Of a DNA stretch of 33,724 nucleotides, positions 23,543 to 31,496 are shown piece by piece. Both the position numbers and the translations under genes were made by a program. The DNA comes from Granulosicoccaceae bacterium (GTDB lineage Bacteria; Pseudomonadota; Gammaproteobacteria; CALCKW01), in assembly GCA_049607125.1 (NCBI GenBank), contig JBMYWE010000001.1:1-33724 (forward strand), given 5' to 3'. The stretch's first letter is position 1. Each line of letters opens with the position of its first letter. The notes under the pieces were generated by a model. The model was given only the letters and a program-made list of their open reading frames with translations, was not told the origin of the DNA and ran no database searches.

Positions 23543-24444
23543 GCTGGCCGTCCGTCGCTCGCGCGGAAAAGCTGCGCTGCCGTGAAGCCCGCGATAATGT
23601 GCCAAATGCCCCACCAAGCGGCGATCACAGCCATGCCGCCAAGACCGTCAAAAAAAGAGAAGATCAACACCAGTCCAAGTCCTGAGTTCTGGATACCCGT
23701 CTCAAGAGTGACGGTGCGCTGGTCGGTGCGGGAAAGCCCAGCGAGTTTGGCCAGCGACAGTCCTGTAATAAGTGCCAAGAGGTTGTGCGCCAATACCAAT
23801 ACAAAGACAAGGCTTACATAGGATTTAAAATTCTGCCAATTGCCCAGCAGCGCGGCGAGCACAAACACGCCGAAAAACACCAGCGAAAAGCTTTGTATAG
23901 GGCGCTTTAGCTTGACCGCGAGCGCGTGTTGACGTTCGTTTAATGCGATCCCGGCCGCCATCGGTAGAATGAGCAAAATAAGCAGAGTGAGTGCCATTTG
24001 CACTGGGTCGAGTCGGGTGTTTAACACCAGTTCAGCGCTTGGAGGGTAGAGCGAGCCCCAAAAGCTTAAATTTAAGGGCGTCATCACCACGGCCAACACA
24101 GTGGCCAGGCTTGTCAGACTCACCGACAGCGCAGTATTACCAGCCGCGCGGTGGCTGAAAAAGTTGGAGACGTTGCCGCCTGGACAGGCGGCAATCAATA
24201 TCAAGCCGAGTGCGATTGAGGCCTGCGGTGCACTCAGCCAGACAAGTACAAAGGTCAAGCAGGGCAGCGCTACAAACTGTGAAAAGACGCCGACCAACAC
24301 CGGCTTGGGGGTCTGCAACAGGCGTCTAAAGTCGACGATCTTTAGGTCTAGAGCCACGCCGAACATCACCACGCCCAGAGAGGCGTTTAGCACCATCAAG
24401 CTAGTTTGACTGAAGTTGATAACCGCTGAGTCAATATCGATCAT
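23539..24444 (-). CDS. Bile acid:Na+ symporter (BASS/SBF) family transporter
   Basis: 301 aa and polytopic. ALDLKIVDFRRLLQTPKPVLVGVFSQFVALP and ACPGGNVSNFFSHRAAGNTALSVSLT are typical of the family. Confidence 0.85.
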   Translation of the reverse strand: MIDIDSAVINFSQTSLMVLNASLGVVMFGVALDLKIVDFRRLLQTPKPVLVGVFSQFVALPCLTFVLVWLSAPQASIALGLILIAACPGGNVSNFFSHRAAGNTALSVSLTSLATVLAVVMTPLNLSFWGSLYPPSAELVLNTRLDPVQMALTLLILLILPMAAGIALNERQHALAVKLKRPIQSFSLVFFGVFVLAALLGNWQNFKSYVSLVFVLVLAHNLLALITGLSLAKLAGLSRTDQRTVTLETGIQNSGLGLVLIFSFFDGLGGMAVIAAWWGIWHIIAGFTAAQLFRASDGRPA

Positions 24445-25796
24445 GCACTGGTTTCTTCGGACCTAAAGGCCTTGAGATGCTGCTTGACTGCCTTGCGGTA
24501 GGTGTCCTTGTGAACGTAATAAGCCATACGAGGTAGTTTGAGGTAGTCAACACCGCCGCGCATATCGCTGAAATGACCTGCTTTTGTGCTGGCAAATTCC
24601 CGAGCGGTTGCACTGTTCTGCTGCCGCCCTCGAATATAGCACGCCACCAACTCAGCTTGTTCGTGCCGCCCTTGCCAGCCCAAGCCAGAGGCCTCCACCA
24701 TGCCGAGCACAAACAGATCGTCGCGACTGGGGTGAAAGCAGTTGAGGTATAGGTGGGGAGCGTCGTTTTGCCAGTTGAGCAATTCGCGGTCGATAAAGGG
24801 GTAGTCGAGCCTATAGCCGGTGGCAGTGACAATTACGTCGTAATCGTCTTGACTGCCGTCTTTGAAGTGTACTGTCTGGCCTTCCAGATAATCGATATCG
24901 GGGCGGACTTGCACATCACCATGGCCCAAGTGAAACAATACCAGTGAATTGACGATAGGATGACTTTCGTAGAGGGCGTGGTCTGGCGAGGGAAATCCGA
25001 ACCGAGTAGGATCTCCGACAAAGGCTCTCAGCAGTAAGCTATCGACCTTGCGTTTGAGTTTTATCGGTAGTTTTACTAAACCGCCCAATGTGTCGGCTGG
25101 CTTGCCAAAGAGGTACTTGGGCACAAAATGATAACCGCGCCGAACCGAAAGATCAGCTTTGCTGCCGTGGTTCGCAGCGTCCACCACAATGTCGCAGCCC
25201 GAGTTGCCAGCGCCCACCACCAACACGCGTTTGTCGCGAAATTGCTCAGGGCTCTTGTATCGGGCGGCGTGAATGAGTTCGCCGTCAAATTGACCTTCCA
25301 ATATAGGTTTGTTGGGGGCGGCGAGCGTCCCGTTGGCTATTAGCAGTCCGGCAAATAGCTTTTTGTGGGCTTGGCCATCGGCGTCGGTCCAGCTGACTTG
25401 CCAGCCATTATCTACCGGCTCAGCGGCGTCGACGCAACAGCTAAAGTGATAGTGCTCTCGCAGGCGGTAGTGCTCTGCAAAACGCTGAAAATACTGTAAT
25501 AGCAGGTCGTGACGAGGGTAGTCTGGCGTGTCCTCTGGCATTGGGAAATCGCTAAACTCGGTGGTGGTCTTGGAGGATATCAAGTGCGCGGTTTTATACA
25601 CTGTTGAGCGCTTGGCCGATATATCCCAAAGGCCGCCGACATCGGTGTGTGCCTCAAAGCCCTCGAAGGGTATTTGCTGTTCGCGCAAATTCTTGGCCAT
25701 GGCCAATCCCATTGGCCCTGCGCCGATCAATGCCCAAGGGAGTTCTGCGTTGTGCAAAGGTGCCGAGCCCATGACGTTTCTCGTCGGTGCATGCAC
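24441..25796 (-). CDS. Flavin-containing monooxygenase (class B FMO)
   Basis: Two dinucleotide motifs (GAGPMG and GAGNSG) plus the FMO-identifying motif FxGxxxHxxxY (FDGELIHAARY). The stop overlaps the BASS gene ATG (ATGA, 24441-24444). An alternative start is ATG 25772. Confidence 0.85.
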   Translation of the reverse strand: MHAPTRNVMGSAPLHNAELPWALIGAGPMGLAMAKNLREQQIPFEGFEAHTDVGGLWDISAKRSTVYKTAHLISSKTTTEFSDFPMPEDTPDYPRHDLLLQYFQRFAEHYRLREHYHFSCCVDAAEPVDNGWQVSWTDADGQAHKKLFAGLLIANGTLAAPNKPILEGQFDGELIHAARYKSPEQFRDKRVLVVGAGNSGCDIVVDAANHGSKADLSVRRGYHFVPKYLFGKPADTLGGLVKLPIKLKRKVDSLLLRAFVGDPTRFGFPSPDHALYESHPIVNSLVLFHLGHGDVQVRPDIDYLEGQTVHFKDGSQDDYDVIVTATGYRLDYPFIDRELLNWQNDAPHLYLNCFHPSRDDLFVLGMVEASGLGWQGRHEQAELVACYIRGRQQNSATAREFASTKAGHFSDMRGGVDYLKLPRMAYYVHKDTYRKAVKQHLKAFRSEETSA

Positions 25797-25893
25797 GGCG
25801 TATTTTGTGACCGTGCTTCAAATGACAAGAGTGCACTATATCACATAGCGCGGCAGCAAAGCCTGCATTGCCAGGTGTATGGCGAGCGTGTGT

Positions 25894-25925
25894 CAAAAGA
25901 CCGCGAGCTAGAGCGCTTGCTGCGG
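25894..25925 (-). terminator. Possible weak terminator after phnA
   Basis: On the minus strand, CCGCAGC...GCTCGCGG forms an imperfect hairpin (4+3 bp with one bulge) followed by TCTTTTG. It lies 16 nt after the phnA stop. Confidence 0.3.
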
Positions 25926-25940
25926 ATAATGATTCGGTTT

Positions 25941-26516
25941 TTAACCTTGTTTTTTGACGTACTGTGTGAGTATGACAATGCGTTGGCTGTTGACTCGTCC
26001 TTCGATCTGTTCGGCGTTTTCGGGCACGAGTGAAATTCCGCGAACAGCGGTGCCACGCTTGGCGGTAAAGTTGGCCCCTTTGACGGGCAGGTCTTTGATC
26101 AAGATAACGGTGTCTCCAGCTGCTAGAGCAGCGCCGTTACTATCGCGGTGCACTGTTGTGTCATCGCCATCTTCATCCAATCCAGCTTTGGCCCAGTCCA
26201 AGAGTTGGTCGTCCAGATAGAGCATTTCGAGTAAGTCCTGAGCCCAGCTTTCACCCAGTGTATTTAGCATACGCCACGCGGCTACTTGCACGGGGGGGTG
26301 CTCACTCCACATAGAGTCGTTTAAACAGCGCCAGTGGTTATTATCGGTAGCGCCGGGGTTTTCCAGCCCGGCGCGGCAGGTGGAGCAGGCTAACAAGCTG
26401 TGTTCGGCTGTCTCGTCGCTGTGGGGAGCGACGGCATAGACAGCGAGTTCATCGCTGACGCCGCATAGCTCGCATCGCTGGCCGCTGCGCGCTTGCAGTG
26501 TTTCAAGGGCTGTCAT
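25941..26516 (-). CDS. phnA: PhnA-family protein (long form with an N-terminal zinc ribbon)
   Basis: CELCG...CSTC zinc-ribbon cysteines are present. The C-terminal domain DSNGAALAAGDTVILIKDLPVKGANFTAKRGTAVRGISLV...IEGRVNSQRIVILTQYVKK is characteristic of PhnA/YjdM. Confidence 0.85.
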   Translation of the reverse strand: MTALETLQARSGQRCELCGVSDELAVYAVAPHSDETAEHSLLACSTCRAGLENPGATDNNHWRCLNDSMWSEHPPVQVAAWRMLNTLGESWAQDLLEMLYLDDQLLDWAKAGLDEDGDDTTVHRDSNGAALAAGDTVILIKDLPVKGANFTAKRGTAVRGISLVPENAEQIEGRVNSQRIVILTQYVKKQG

Positions 26517-26708
26517 GGGGTATTCCCTATAGGGTATCTCGTCAAAACTTGTGTCAGGCTAAAGTGAGCAGTTGATACTTTTGGGGTGTAAGGGTGCAGT
26601 GATCAGCCGCCTTTGTACACGGCGAAGTTTAACTTAAATCGGTCGTTTATTCGGAAAAACCCGAACAGACAAACGATAGACTCAACAGCTCATGATCAGG
26701 AGCACTCA

Positions 26709-27140
26709 ATGAAAACACAAGTTATTCTGGAACTGCCCGATGTGAAACGGGCGCTAGATGCTGCCGAACGAGAAGCGTTGGCCAACCAGTGGTCTGTCAC
26801 CATCGCGGTGTGCGATGCTGGCGGTGTGCCTCTGGGCATGCTGCGCATGGACGGCGCACCGGTGATGAGTGCGATGGTTGCACCTGAAAAAGCGCGTACC
26901 AGTGTGTTGACTGGAAAGTCCAGTGGTGTGTTTGAGCAGATGGTTAATCAGGGGCGCTACGCCGCTTTGTCTATGCCGGTGGTTCCGCTTGAAGGGGGAG
27001 AGCCCATCCTAATCGACAATCAGGTAGTGGGTGCAGTGGGAGTCAGCGGTGTCAAAGCGGGTGAAGACGCGCAAGTCGCCCGCGCCGGCGTGGCGGCAAT
27101 CTTGGCCACGTGTGAAAATTGTGAGCCTTGCTGTTGTTAG
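26709..27140 (+). CDS. GlcG/HbpS-like (DUF336) protein with a Cys-rich C-terminal tail
   Basis: ATG at 26709 has CAGGAG upstream. WSVTIAVCDAGGVPLGMLRMDGA...APEKARTS...PLEGGEPILIDNQVVGAVGVSG matches the GlcG family. The last 10 residues are TCENCEPCCC. Confidence 0.8.
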   Translation: MKTQVILELPDVKRALDAAEREALANQWSVTIAVCDAGGVPLGMLRMDGAPVMSAMVAPEKARTSVLTGKSSGVFEQMVNQGRYAALSMPVVPLEGGEPILIDNQVVGAVGVSGVKAGEDAQVARAGVAAILATCENCEPCCC

Positions 27141-27198
27141 CTTCTAGTGGCGGTGTGTTTGGTTCCTAAACGATACTCCAACGACGAGTTGCTGCTAT

Positions 27199-28119
27199 TT
27201 AGCTCTGTGCTCGGGAGAGGGTTTCGCGTGAGGCCTGTAGATAACTCGAACACAGTTCCTCAAGGTGCGGTTTCAAGATGAGATGTACATGGGGCAAACG
27301 ATGAAATGGCACACTGGCCAAGGCGTGGTGTTCGGCGTGGAAGCACATGTTCCAATTGAGTTGTCTCATCACCGGCATGGCCATCACTGTGCGGGTATTG
27401 CGCAGCATGTCTTCCACCTCGGCGCAGCCGCCGTGCTCGCTCAAGCGGATCACTCGCATCAGTGGCTCGGCGATCATTCTCGGCAGTATCCAATACCACC
27501 ACAGCAGCGCTAGGGCGCCCAGGCACCAGGCCAGTGCAATGACGAGGGCGTAGGCAAGCAGCATTAGGCTCACTTCGCGCCTTGCGGCGCGCATGCCGCG
27601 CTCACCCAGGAAGTGGCGCTCTAATTCATTGAAGCGGCCAGCGGGGTAGCGAAGGAAGGTAGAAAACAGGCTGATAAAATAGGGAATGGCAGAACAATAC
27701 AAGAACCACCCTACACGCGATTTGCTATGCGGAATGAACTCGCTGTCCTGTTCGGGTAGATTGGTGAATAAATGGTGTTGGCGGTGTTCGAGTACAAAGT
27801 AATCGAAGGGCAGCCAGACGATAAAACCACTAAACCAGCCGAGTAGTCGATTGTGTTGGCGCGAGCGAAACACGGTGAAATGTGCCGCCTCGTGAAAGGG
27901 TGCAAACCAGTGCACCAACACCGTGCCATGCAGTAACAGGGCGAGTGGCCAGAGCACTGTTTCACCGCTGAGCCACAGCAGCGTAGCGCTGGACCCCGTG
28001 GCCAGCAGGTGGCCAGTGAAGTAGAGCAGCCCTGGGCCATCGCAGCGTTTACTCAAATGGGGCATGGCGTCGCCAACGAGTTCACGGGCGCGCGAGCGGG
28101 AGGGGGCGGTCGCTTTCAT
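27199..28119 (-). CDS. Membrane fatty-acid-desaturase family protein
   Basis: Three His boxes: HEAAH, EHRQHH and HAEHH. Several TM helices are present. The first ATG is at 28119; the tracked TTG at 28260 lies only 15 nt from the divergent yaiI start and is unlikely. Confidence 0.8.
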   Translation of the reverse strand: MKATAPSRSRARELVGDAMPHLSKRCDGPGLLYFTGHLLATGSSATLLWLSGETVLWPLALLLHGTVLVHWFAPFHEAAHFTVFRSRQHNRLLGWFSGFIVWLPFDYFVLEHRQHHLFTNLPEQDSEFIPHSKSRVGWFLYCSAIPYFISLFSTFLRYPAGRFNELERHFLGERGMRAARREVSLMLLAYALVIALAWCLGALALLWWYWILPRMIAEPLMRVIRLSEHGGCAEVEDMLRNTRTVMAMPVMRQLNWNMCFHAEHHALASVPFHRLPHVHLILKPHLEELCSSYLQASRETLSRAQS

Positions 28120-28275
28120 AAAGTTTGGCTCATGGGTGGTGTGAATAGCTTGGCTAGAAAGCTCATTTGAATGCGGAAAAAGATGTGCCTCATAAGCTTG
28201 TGCAGACTTCCGTGAGTCAACTGAAGATTCTAGGTTAGACTCCCCGCAGCGATCAAACAATCACTGGGGTTTCAA

Positions 28276-28743
28276 TTGAGCGAAGCACAACAGACGAGCT
28301 TTCGCATTTGGGTAGATGCCGACGCCTGCCCGGGTGTGGTCAAAGAGATACTGTTTAAAGCAGCGGAGCGCAAACAAGTGCCGCTGACACTCATTGCCAA
28401 TCAGCCCATTCGCGTGCCGCGCTCGAAATGGATTAAGAGTGTACAGGTAGCCAGTGGTTTTGACGTGGCCGATAACGAGATTGTCGCCCGTTGCGGCGTC
28501 GGCGATTTGGTGATCACGGCCGACATCCCACTGGCGGCCGAAGTGATGGACAAAGGGGCGATGGCGCTCAACCCGCGCGGTGAGCTCTATTCTGTGCAGA
28601 CGATCAAACAAAAGCTCAGCATGCGCGATTTCATGGAAACTCTTCGCTCTAGCGGAGTGCAGACAGGTGGGCCACCGCCTCTGAGTCAGACGGATCGGCG
28701 TGAGTTCGCCAATCAGCTGGATCGGGTATTGGCAAAAATTTAA
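28276..28743 (+). CDS. yaiI: UPF0178 (YaiI/YqxD, DUF188) family protein
   Basis: [33 protein letters not shown]...[10 protein letters not shown]...[28 protein letters not shown]...[18 protein letters not shown] is collinear with E. coli YaiI as I remember it. TTG start with GGGG 7 nt upstream. Confidence 0.9.
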   Translation: MSEAQQTSFRIWVDADACPGVVKEILFKAAERKQVPLTLIANQPIRVPRSKWIKSVQVASGFDVADNEIVARCGVGDLVITADIPLAAEVMDKGAMALNPRGELYSVQTIKQKLSMRDFMETLRSSGVQTGGPPPLSQTDRREFANQLDRVLAKI

Positions 28744-28782
28744 TACTTTGCCCTTGGAGTAAGCGGACATCGCCTCGGCGAA

Positions 28783-29610
28783 TTAGTCACTGGCGGATTG
28801 CTCTTCCTTCAGGCTGATTTGAAATTTCTTTTTTCCGCTCTTACCTGCAATCATCAGCACGACGGGCCCCTCGTCACCTTCGTTGAACCAAATGTGCGTG
28901 CCAGCGTCGGCCTTGGCCACTTTGATGTGTCGGGCGATATAGTGAGCACCACCAATTTCCATGGACTGGGTGCCCAGATCGACGATAGGGGAATTGATGA
29001 CCTGCAGACCTTCGTTGTCTATTAATTGCAGCGAACCGGGTATGCGACCCGCGCGCTTGAGATAAAATGGCAGGGCGTTTAAGGAGGTGACAAATCGCGC
29101 CTCGGGGTCCAGTGAGGCCTGCGGCTGCGAGGATTCTTGGGTGCCGGCATTGTCGAGCAACTCTTCGGTCAGACTTTGAATCTCCGCCATGGCAAGCGGG
29201 TCTGAGCTCAGAATTTTTTTATCCAGCGCCGCCAATTTTTTTTTCAAGGGTTCGCCGAGTTCGCCTAAATCGCGACCACTGCCGCTGGCACCGTACTCGT
29301 CGGTGCTCAGCTGACTCCACCAGGTGCGGTTGTCGGCGGTGACGCGGGTCTGTATCGCCTGTGTGTTGCCCTTCGGGTTGAGCTGTTCGACACTGATACC
29401 GTGCATCTCAAAGCTGCTGAACCAGCCCTTTTTTTCTACCTTAGTTGTTTGTACCAGCATCGAGCCTTGCTTGTTGTCTATTTGGCGCAAGCTCTGTTCA
29501 CCAATGATTTTGCTATTGAGCAGCATGTCGTAGTGCCAGGTTTTTTGCGCAAACACAGCTTGGCTGGCGAGTATTAGGCTGAGCCACAGGCCGAGACGGA
29601 TGGGCAGCAT
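28783..29610 (-). CDS. Secreted hypothetical protein
   Basis: The signal peptide is MLPIRLGLWLSLILASQAVFA. The ends look beta-rich and there is a central acidic/low-complexity insert. It starts 51 nt downstream of the decarboxylase gene on the same strand. I recognise no family. Confidence 0.65.
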   Translation of the reverse strand: MLPIRLGLWLSLILASQAVFAQKTWHYDMLLNSKIIGEQSLRQIDNKQGSMLVQTTKVEKKGWFSSFEMHGISVEQLNPKGNTQAIQTRVTADNRTWWSQLSTDEYGASGSGRDLGELGEPLKKKLAALDKKILSSDPLAMAEIQSLTEELLDNAGTQESSQPQASLDPEARFVTSLNALPFYLKRAGRIPGSLQLIDNEGLQVINSPIVDLGTQSMEIGGAHYIARHIKVAKADAGTHIWFNEGDEGPVVLMIAGKSGKKKFQISLKEEQSASD

Positions 29611-29661
29611 AGGGTTCCTTCAATAGCGATTTAACAAACCGCCATTGTACGCCAAGTGGGC

Positions 29662-30819
29662 TCAGACAAATACGATCTGTGGTTCAGGAAAGCCATTGAA
29701 TTGCGTGGTACAAGCATGGCAGTAAGCGCCTGTGTGTCCAATAAAAAGTTCGTCATCTGCCTGCAGATTGGCGGGTAGGGCGCGCCGACGACTGAGGGTG
29801 TCGATGCTGTCGCAGGTCGGGCCGGCGATGGTCCACATCTGCTCGTTACCCTTATTGGCGCAATGAATGGGCAGGGCATAGTGATCGGCGAGTTCCATCA
29901 GTCCATTGTAGTAGCCCGTGTCTAGGTAGAGCCAGGGCTGTTGTTGACGCACGGCCGTTCCGACGACTCGAGTGCATAGGCATCCTGCTGAGGCGACTAG
30001 GTTTCGTCCGGGTTCAGCGATCACTTTGATGTGGGAGGGAACGTCAGCCAGAACGCTTTCGATTTGCGCGCCGAGCGATTCGATGCTTGGCACCGAGTCA
30101 TTGAGTGGGGTTGGATAGCCCCCGCCTAAGTTGAGTAGCTCGGGTTTAAAGCCCAAGGTACGCATTTTTTCAAAGCACTGAAGAGCGTCTGTTATGGCGT
30201 CGCGCCAACTCTGTGCCTGCAAGCATTGAGACCCCACGTGAAAGCTCACGCCGGCCAATTGCATATGATAATCCTTGCAGGCTTGCATGACCTCGTCGAC
30301 CTCGCCGTCGGTGCAACCAAACTTCCCTGCCAGCGGCAGTACGGCGCCTGCGTTGCTGGTGGCGATGCGCAGGTAGAGTTTGGCCGCCGGGTGTATCTCC
30401 GCCAACTTTTGTACTTCGGCGACCGAGTCCACCACAAACCACTGCACGCCTTGGTGAGCAGCTTGCCTGATGTGGTCGCGCGATTTGATTGGGTTTGAAT
30501 AATACAAAGAGCTCGGCGCGATGCCCTGATCGCGCAATAGCTTTAGCTCATGGGCAGAGGCAATCTCAAAACCGATGCCTTCCTGCGCAAGTAATTGCAG
30601 CACACGCGGATGCGGGTTGGCTTTAACGGCGTAGTGTGCCTGAACGCGCGGCATGGCGGCTTTAAAGCGTCGGGCGTTGCTGATGAGCTCTGATTCGCTC
30701 ATGCACAACATCGGCTCCGCATGGCCTCGCATGGCTAGCTGTTGTTGGGCTAGTTGCTGCGGTGTGCTCGTTTGAACAGGTTTGGGGAAATTGGGCTGGC
30801 TGTAATTCGGGTGGCGCAT
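29662..30819 (-). CDS. Type III (alanine-racemase-fold) PLP-dependent decarboxylase, ornithine/lysine decarboxylase type
   Basis: PLP-lysine context HYAVKANPHP, plus FHVGSQ, LNLGGGYP, EPGRNLVASAG and GPTCDSID. Confidence 0.85.
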   Translation of the reverse strand: MRHPNYSQPNFPKPVQTSTPQQLAQQQLAMRGHAEPMLCMSESELISNARRFKAAMPRVQAHYAVKANPHPRVLQLLAQEGIGFEIASAHELKLLRDQGIAPSSLYYSNPIKSRDHIRQAAHQGVQWFVVDSVAEVQKLAEIHPAAKLYLRIATSNAGAVLPLAGKFGCTDGEVDEVMQACKDYHMQLAGVSFHVGSQCLQAQSWRDAITDALQCFEKMRTLGFKPELLNLGGGYPTPLNDSVPSIESLGAQIESVLADVPSHIKVIAEPGRNLVASAGCLCTRVVGTAVRQQQPWLYLDTGYYNGLMELADHYALPIHCANKGNEQMWTIAGPTCDSIDTLSRRRALPANLQADDELFIGHTGAYCHACTTQFNGFPEPQIVFV

Positions 30820-30894
30820 GGATTGTCCCCTAGAGAGCGGTATAACAAAGAGTCTAGTGGGGTAAGGTGGCAGAAATTAGTTGAATAATTATAG

Positions 30895-30947
30895 ATATGT
30901 TATGTTGTTTTTAACATATTGATAAGTCTTATTGACAATATGATAAG
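30895..30947. promoter_or_regulatory. Candidate Lrp/AsnC operator array in the decarboxylase / lrp-like divergent region
   Basis: This is an AT-rich spacer. It holds the inverted repeat ATATGTT-N11-AACATAT (30895-30919). It also holds a direct repeat, ATATTGATAAG (30916-30926) and ATATGATAAG (30938-30947), about two helical turns apart. Confidence 0.3.
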
Positions 30948-31003
30948 AATTGCTTTCAAAGAGCTATGCGCATTACTGACGGGTGCGCTTGATGAGGTGT
31001 GTG

Positions 31004-31429
31004 ATGGAAGACTTAGACCAGGCGCTCCTGGCGTTGTTGCAAGCAAATGCCCGCACCAGCGTAGCCGAGTTATCGCGTCAGCTTAAAGTGAGTCGAGCGA
31101 CAGTGCAGGAGCACATCAACCGACTTGAGCGGCGACAGATTATTCAGGGCTACACTTTGCGCTACCACCCCGAGCACCGACAGCGACAAGTTTGTGCCTA
31201 CGTGATGGTTGAAGTGGATGCCAAGCGCAATGCCGCGATAGTGCGGCAAATTCAAGCCATTGCTGAGGTTGAGCAATTGCAGACCATCAGTGGCAGTTTT
31301 GACTTGATGGCCTTCGTTCGCACCGACAGCACGCAAGCACTAGATACGGTGATCGACCGCCTCGGTGAGTTGGAGGGGGTGGACAAAACACTCAGTAGTG
31401 TGGTTTTGGCGACCAAGTTTCAGCGCTAG
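31004..31429 (+). CDS. Lrp/AsnC family transcriptional regulator
   Basis: MEDLDQALLALLQANARTSVAELSRQLKVSRATVQEHINRLERRQIIQGYT is the HTH, followed by a RAM/ACT-like C-terminal domain. I place the start at ATG 31004. Confidence 0.9.
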   Translation: MEDLDQALLALLQANARTSVAELSRQLKVSRATVQEHINRLERRQIIQGYTLRYHPEHRQRQVCAYVMVEVDAKRNAAIVRQIQAIAEVEQLQTISGSFDLMAFVRTDSTQALDTVIDRLGELEGVDKTLSSVVLATKFQR

Positions 31430-31496
31430 TGTTCTGTTGGCGATGGCTGCGATATCGCACGTCAGGCGAATCAGCCTCATTTCGGGTGTGGCAGAG

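Noticed and set aside
26522-26537. Near-perfect palindrome ATTCCCTATAGGGTAT (core CCCTATAGGG) just upstream of the phnA ATG
   Set aside because: It is a single short palindrome overlapping the likely ribosome-binding region. There is no second copy in the window and no known operator consensus that I can match, so it is too weak to call a regulatory site.
28261-28770. 169-aa minus-strand ORF
   Set aside because: It is exactly antisense to the yaiI homologue, whose product aligns end to end with a well-known family. This is a shadow ORF.
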